From Eledone cirrhosa (lineage: Eukaryota): a stretch of DNA of 64,000 nucleotides. The notes under the pieces are model-generated. The model did no database searches. It saw only the letters and a program-made list of their open reading frames with translations, and was not told the origin of the DNA. The stretch spans positions 62,001-126,000 of the forward strand of contig CAXHJY010000031.1 of the NCBI GenBank assembly GCA_964016885.1. The letters run 5' to 3'. Shown piece by piece: positions 58,001 through 64,000 of this stretch (the first letter of the stretch is position 1; each line of letters begins with the position of its first letter). A program made the position numbers and the translations under genes.

Positions 58001-61000
58001 TTAAATAAATGTGTTAAATAAATGTGTTAAATAAATGTGTTAAATAAATGTGTTAAATAAATGTGTTAAATAAATGTGTTAAATAAAAGTGTTAAATAAA
58101 AGTGTTAAATAAAAGTGTTAAATAAAAGTGTTAAATAAAAGTGTTAAATAAATGTGTTAAATAAATGTGTTAAATAAATGTGTTAAATAAATGTGTTAAA
58201 TAAATGTGTTAAATAAATGTGTTAAATAAATGTGTTAAATAAATGTGTTAAATAAATGTGTTAAATAAATGTGTTAAATAAATGTGTTAAATAAAAGTGT
58301 TAAATAAAAGTGTTAAATAAAAGTGTTAAATAAATGTGTTAAATAAATGTGTTAAATAAATGTGTTAAATAAATGTGTTAAATAAATGTGTTAAATAAAT
58401 GTGTTAAATAAATGTGTTATATAAATGTGTTAAATAAATGTGTTAAATAAATGTGTTAAATAAATGTGTTAAATAAATGTGTTAAATAAATGTGTTAAAT
58501 AAATGTGTTAAATAAATGTGTTAAATAAATGTGTTAAATAAATGTGTTAAATAAATGTGTTAAATAAATGTGTTAAATAAATGTGTTAAATAAATGTGTT
58601 AAATAAATGTGTTAAATAAATGTGTTAAATAAATGTGGTAAATAAATGTGGTAAATAAATAAATGTGTTAAATAAATGTGTTAAATAAATGTGTTAAATA
58701 AATGTGTTAAATAAATGTGTTAAATAAATGTGTTAAATAAATGTGTTAAATAAATGTGTTAAATAAATGTGTTAAATAAATGTGTTAAATAAATGTGTTA
58801 AATAAATGTGTTAAATAAATGTGTTAAATAAATGTGTTAAATAAATGTGTTAAATAAATGTGTTAAATAAATGTGTTAAATAAATGTGTTAAATAAATGT
58901 GTTAAATAAATGTGTTATATAAATGTGTTATATAAATGTGTTAAATAAATGTGTTAAATAAATGTGTTAAATAAATGTGTTAAATAAATGTGTTAAATAA
59001 ATGTGTTAAATAAATGTGTTAAATAAATGTGTTAAATAAATGTGTTAAATAAATGTGTTAAATAAAAGTGTTAAATAAATGTGTTAAATAAATGTGTTAA
59101 ATAAAAGTGTTAAATAAAAGTGTTAAATAAATGTGTTAAATAAATGTGTTAAATAAAAGTGTTAAATAAAAGTGTTAAATAAAAGTGTTAAATAAATGTG
59201 TTAAATAAATGTGTTAAATAAATGTGTTAAATAAATGTGTTAAATAAATGTGTTAAATAAATGTGTTAAATAAAAGTGTTAAATAAAAGTGTTAAATAAA
59301 TGTGTTAAATAAATGTGTTAAATAAATGTGTTAAATAAATGTGTTAAATAAATGTGTTAAATAAATGTGTTAAATAAATGTGTTAAATAAATGTGTTAAA
59401 TAAATGTGTTAAATAAATGTGTTAAATAAATGTGTTAAATAAATGTGTTAAATAAAAGTGTTAAATAAAAGTGTTAAATAAATGTGTTAAATAAATGTGT
59501 TAAATAAATGTGTTAAATAAATGTGTGTGTTAAATAAATGTGTTAAATAAATGTGTTAAATAAATGTGTTAAATAAATGTGTTAAATAAATGTGTTAAAT
59601 AAATGTGTTAAATAAATGTGTTAAATAAATGTGTTAAATAAATGTGTTAAATAAATGTGTTAAATAAATGTGTTAAATAAATGTGTTAAATAAAAGTGTT
59701 AAATAAAAGTGTTAAATAAAAGTGTTAAATAAAAGTGTTAAATAAAAGTGTTAAATAAAAGTGTTAAATAAAAGTGTTAAATAAATGTGTTAAATAAATG
59801 TGTTAAATAAATGTGTTAAATAAATGTGTTAAATAAATGTGTTAAATAAATGTGTTAAATAAATGTGTTAAATAAATGTGTTAAATAAATGTGTTAAATA
59901 AATGTGTTAAATAAAAGTGTTAAATAAAAGTGTTAAATAAAAGTGTTAAATAAATGTGTTAAATAAATGTGTTACATAAATGTGTTACATAAATGTGTTA
60001 ATAAATGTGTTATATAAATGTGTTATATAAATGTGTTAAATAAATGTGTTAAATAAATGTGTTAAATAAATGTGTTAAATAAATGTGTTAAATAAATGTG
60101 TTAAATAAATGTGTTAAATAAATGTGTTAAATAAATGTGTTAAATAAATGTGTTAAATAAATGTGTTAAATAAATGTGTTAAATAAATGTGTTAAATAAA
60201 AGTGTTAAATAAAAGTGTTAAATAAATGTGTTAAATAAATGTGTTAAATAAATGTGTTAAATAAATGTGTTAAATAAATGTGTTAAATAAATGTGTTAAA
60301 TAAATGTGTTAAATAAATGTGTTAAATAAATGTGTTAAATAAATGTGTTAAATAAATGTGTTAAATAAATGTGTTATATAAATGTGTTAAATAAATGTGT
60401 TAAATAAATGTGTTAAATAAATGTGTTAAATAAATGTGGTAAATAAATAAATGTGTTAAATAAATGTGTTAAATAAATGTGTTAAATAAATGTGTTAAAT
60501 AAATGTGTTAAATAAATGTGTTAAATAAATGTGTTAAATAAATGTGTTAAATAAATGTGTTAAATAAAAGTGTTAAATAAATGTGTTAAATAAATGTGTT
60601 AAATAAATGTGTTAAATAAATGTGTTAAATAAATGTGTTAAATAAATGTGTTAAATAAATGTGTTAAATAAATGTGTTAAATAAATGTGTTAAATAAATG
60701 TGTTAAATAAATGTGTTAAATAAATGTGTTAAATAAATGTGTTAAATAAATGTGTTAAATAAATGTGTTAAATAAATGTGTTAAATAAATGTGTTAAATA
60801 AATGTGTTAAATAAATGTGTTAAATAAATGTGTTAAATAAATGTGTTAAATAAATGTGTTAAATAAATGTGTTAAATAAATGTGTTAAATAAATGTGTTA
60901 AATAAATGTTTTAAATAAATGTGTTAAATAAATGTGTTAAATAAAAGTGTTAAATAAAAGTGTTAAATAAAAGTGTTAAATAAATGTGTTAAATAAATGT

Positions 61001-62745
61001 GTTAAATAAATGTGTTAAATAAATGTGTTAAATAAATGTGTTAAATAAATGTGTTAAATAAATGTGTTAAATAAATGTGTTAAATAAATGTGTTAAATAA
61101 ATGTGTTAAATAAATGTGTTAAATAAATGTGTTAAATAAATGTGTTAAATAAATGTGTTAAATAAATGTGTTAAATAAATGTGTTAAATAAATGTGTTAA
61201 ATAAATGTGTTAAATAAATGTGTTAAATAAATGTGTTAAATAAATGTGTTAAATAAATGTGTTAAATAAATGTGTTAAATAAATGTGTTAAATAAATGTG
61301 TTAAATAAAAGTGTTAAATAAATGTGTTAAATAAAAGTGTTAAATAAATGTGTTAAATAAAAGTGTTAAATAAAAGTGTTAAATAAAAGTGTTAAATAAA
61401 AGTGTTAAATAAAAGTGTTAAATAAAAGTGTTAAATAAATGTGTTAAATAAAAGTGTTAAATAAATGTGTTAAATAAATGTGTTAAATAAATGTGTTAAA
61501 TAAATGTGTTAAATAAATGTGTTAAATAAAAGTGTTAAATAAATGTGTTAAATAAATGTGTTAAATAAAAGTGTTAAATAAATGTGTTAAATAAAAGTGT
61601 TAAATAAATGTGTTAAATAAAAGTGTTAAATAAAAGTGTTAAATAAAAGTGTTAAATAAAAGTGTTAAATAAAAGTGTTAAATAAAAGTGTTAAATAAAT
61701 GTGTTAAATAAATGTGTTAAATAAATGTGTTAAATAAATGTGTTAAATAAATGTGTTAAATAAATGTGGTAAATAAATGTGGTAAATAAATGTGGTAAAT
61801 AAATGTGGTAAATAAATGTGTTAAATAAATGTGTTAAATAAATGTGTTAAATAAATGTGTTAAATAAATGTGTTAAATAAATGTGTTAAATAAAAGTGTT
61901 AAATAAATGTGTTAAATAAATGTGTTAAATAAATGTGTTAAATAAATGTTTTAAATAAATGTGTTAAATAAATGTGTTAAATAAATGTGTTAAATAAATG
62001 TGTTAAATAAATGTGTTAAATAAATGTGTTAAATAAATGTGTTAAATAAATGTGTTAAATAAATGTGTTAAATAAATGTGTTAAATAAAATAAATGTGTT
62101 AAATAAATGTGTTAAATAAATGTGTTAAATAAATGTGTTAAATAAATGTGTTAAATAAATGTGTTAAATAAATGTGTTAAATAAATGTGTTAAATAAATG
62201 TGTTAAATAAAAGTGTTAAATAAATGTGTTAAATAAATGTGTTAAATAAATGTGTTAAATAAATGTGTTAAATAAATGTGTTAAATAAATGTGTTAAATA
62301 AATGTGTTAAATAAATGTGTTAAATAAATGTGTTAAATAAATTGTTAAATAAATGTGTTAAATAAATGTGTTAAATAAATGTGTTAAATAAATGTGTTAA
62401 ATAAATGTGTTAAATAAATGTGTTAAATAAATTGTTAAATAAATGTGTTAAATAAATGTGTTAAATAAATGTGTTAAATAAATGTGTTAAATAAATGTGT
62501 TAAATAAATGTGTTAAATAAATGTGTTAAATAAATGTGTTAAATAAATGTGTTAAATAAATGTGTTAAGTAAATGTGTTAAGTAAATGTGTTAAGTAAAT
62601 TTGTTAAGTAAATGTGTTAAGTAAATGTGTTAAGTAAATGTGTTAAGTAAATGTGTTAAGTAAATGTGTTAAATAAATGTGTTAAATAAATGTGTTAAAT
62701 AAATGTGTTAAATAAAAGTGTTAAATAAAAGTGTTAAATAAATGT

Positions 62746-64000
62746 CCCAACTTAACTTAACCCCAACTTAAATTAACCCCAACTTAACTTAACCCCAACT
62801 TAATTTAACCCCAACTTAACTTAACCCCAACTTAACTTAACCCCAACGTGACTTAACCCCAACGTGACTTAACCCTAACTTGACTTAACTCCAACTTGAC
62901 TTAACCCCAACTTGATTTAACCCAAACTTAACTTAACCCCAACTTAACTTAACCCCAACTTAACTTAACCCCAACTTAACGTAACCCCAACTTAACTTAA
63001 CCCCAACTTAACTTAACCCCAACTTAACTTAACCCCAACTTAACTTAACCCCAACTTAACTTACCCCCAATTTAACTTACCCCCAACTTAACGTAACCCC
63101 AACTTAACTTAACCCCAACTTAACTTAACCCCAACTTAACTTAACCCCAACTTAACTTAACCCCAACTTAACTTACCCCCAACTTAACTTACCCCCAATT
63201 TAACTTACCCCCAACTTAACTTAACCCCAACTTAACTTAACCCCAACTTAACCTAACACCAACTTAACTTAACCCCAACTTAACTTAACCCCAACTTAAC
63301 TTAACACCAACTTAACTTAACCCCAACTTAACTTAACACCAACTTAACTTAACCCCAACTTAACTTAACCCCAACTTAACTTAACACAAACTTAACTTAA
63401 CCCCAACTTAACTTAACGCCAACTTAACTTAACCCAAAATTAACTTAACCCCAACTTAACTTAACCCCAACTTAACTTAACCCCAACTTAACTTAACCCA
63501 AACTTAACTTAACCCCAACTTAACTTAACCCAAACTTAACTTAACCCAACCTTAACTTAACCCCAACTTAACTTAACCCCAACTTAACTTAACCCCAACT
63601 TAACTTAACCCCAACTTAACTTAACACCAACTTAACTTAACCCCAACTTAACTTAACACCAACTTAACTTAACACCAACTTAACTTAACACCAACTTAAC
63701 TTAACACCAACTTAACTTAACCCCAACTTAACTTAACACAAACTTAACTTAACCCCAACTTAACTTAACCCCAACTTAACTTAACCCCAACTTAACTTAA
63801 CCCCAACTTAACATAACTCCAACTTAACATAACCCCAACTTAACCCCAACTTAACTTAACCCCAACTTAACTTAACCCCAACTTAACTTAACCCCAACTT
63901 AACTTAACCCCAACTTAACTTAACCCAAACTTAACTTAACCCAAACTTAACTTAACCCCAACTTAACTTAACGCCAACTTAACTTAACCCCAACTTAACT
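62746..64000. repeat. 16-bp tandem repeat, consensus CCCCAACTTAACTTAA (reverse complement TTAAGTTAAGTTGGGG); about 78 copies; open at the window end
   Basis: Read directly: starts at AATGT|CCCAACTTAACTTAA. C-tract variants include CACC, CCCA, CACA, CGCC and CTCC, and there is an 11-bp short unit near 63832-63843. Confidence 0.98.

Larger units (their letters stand above)
1..62745. repeat. 13-bp AT-rich tandem satellite array, consensus ATAAATGTGTTAA with common variant ATAAAAGTGTTAA; about 4,800 copies; open at the window start
   Basis: Read directly: 13-bp periodicity from base 1 to ...AAATAAATGT at 62745, one orientation throughout. G is present and C nearly absent on the + strand. Copy number is length divided by 13. 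Confidence 0.99.

Noticed and set aside
1-62745. CRISPR array or other repeat-spacer system
   Set aside because: There are no unique spacers, leader or cas genes, and the monomers abut directly.
1-62745. T/A monomer alternation as a binary information code
   Set aside because: The run structure and recurrence are explained by slippage and block duplication, and nothing here indicates a reader or selection.
1-62745. AATAAA polyadenylation signals, TATAAA boxes and forkhead-like GTAAATA/TAAACA motifs
   Set aside because: These are inevitable by-products of the AT-rich monomer and its point variants, and there is no gene context.
1-62745. Centromere call or assignment to a named satellite or organism
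   Set aside because: Higher-order structure is compatible with centromeric or pericentromeric DNA but does not demonstrate it. I do not recognise the monomer, and a database search and CENH3/CENP-A data would be needed.
1-62745. Intrinsic curvature from phased A-tracts
   Set aside because: The A-tracts are only 3-4 nt and the 13-bp period is out of phase with the ~10.5-bp helical repeat.
1-64000. Protein-coding sequence (ATG occurs in every T-type monomer)
   Set aside because: Both monomers contain TAA on both strands (TTAA palindrome) and their lengths, 13 and 16, are not multiples of 3, so stops cycle through all frames within tens of bases. Nothing supports a TAA-reassigned code, and indel variants are not frame-constrained.
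1-64000. Transposon insertion, for example at TTAA piggyBac-type target sites
   Set aside because: No non-repeat insert, terminal inverted repeat or LTR was seen anywhere, including at the junction and the island edges.
62746-64000. Functional right-end telomere at this position
   Set aside because: The polarity is wrong: a right-hand chromosome end should be G-rich on the + strand. Retained only as a telomere-like or interstitial hypothesis.

Overview
The window is entirely non-coding tandem repeat (satellite-type DNA, most plausibly eukaryotic heterochromatin; the organism cannot be identified from this sequence). Bases 1-62745 are about 4,800 head-to-tail copies of a 13-bp AT-rich monomer, ATAAA(T/A)GTGTTAA. 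At 62746 it switches abruptly, with no spacer, to a 16-bp C-rich monomer, CCCCAACTTAACTTAA (reverse complement TTAAGTTAAGTTGGGG), about 78 copies running off the window end. Rare monomer variants act as landmarks and reveal nested higher-order structure in the 13-mer array: a ~21-24 kb segment present twice (offset ~30.2 kb, then ~33.9 kb), a ~4.3 kb tandem unit, a ~1.85 kb unit, a 221-bp local duplication and a divergent ~3.6 kb island. G/C strand skew inverts at the junction, and the two monomers look related in opposite orientation. Two stretches carry dense 1-bp indels, so part of the large-scale structure could be an assembly artefact. I found no genes, RNA genes, mobile elements or CRISPR arrays, and no evidence for a new protein-encoded system. 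Coordinates were read by eye and higher-order boundaries are approximate.
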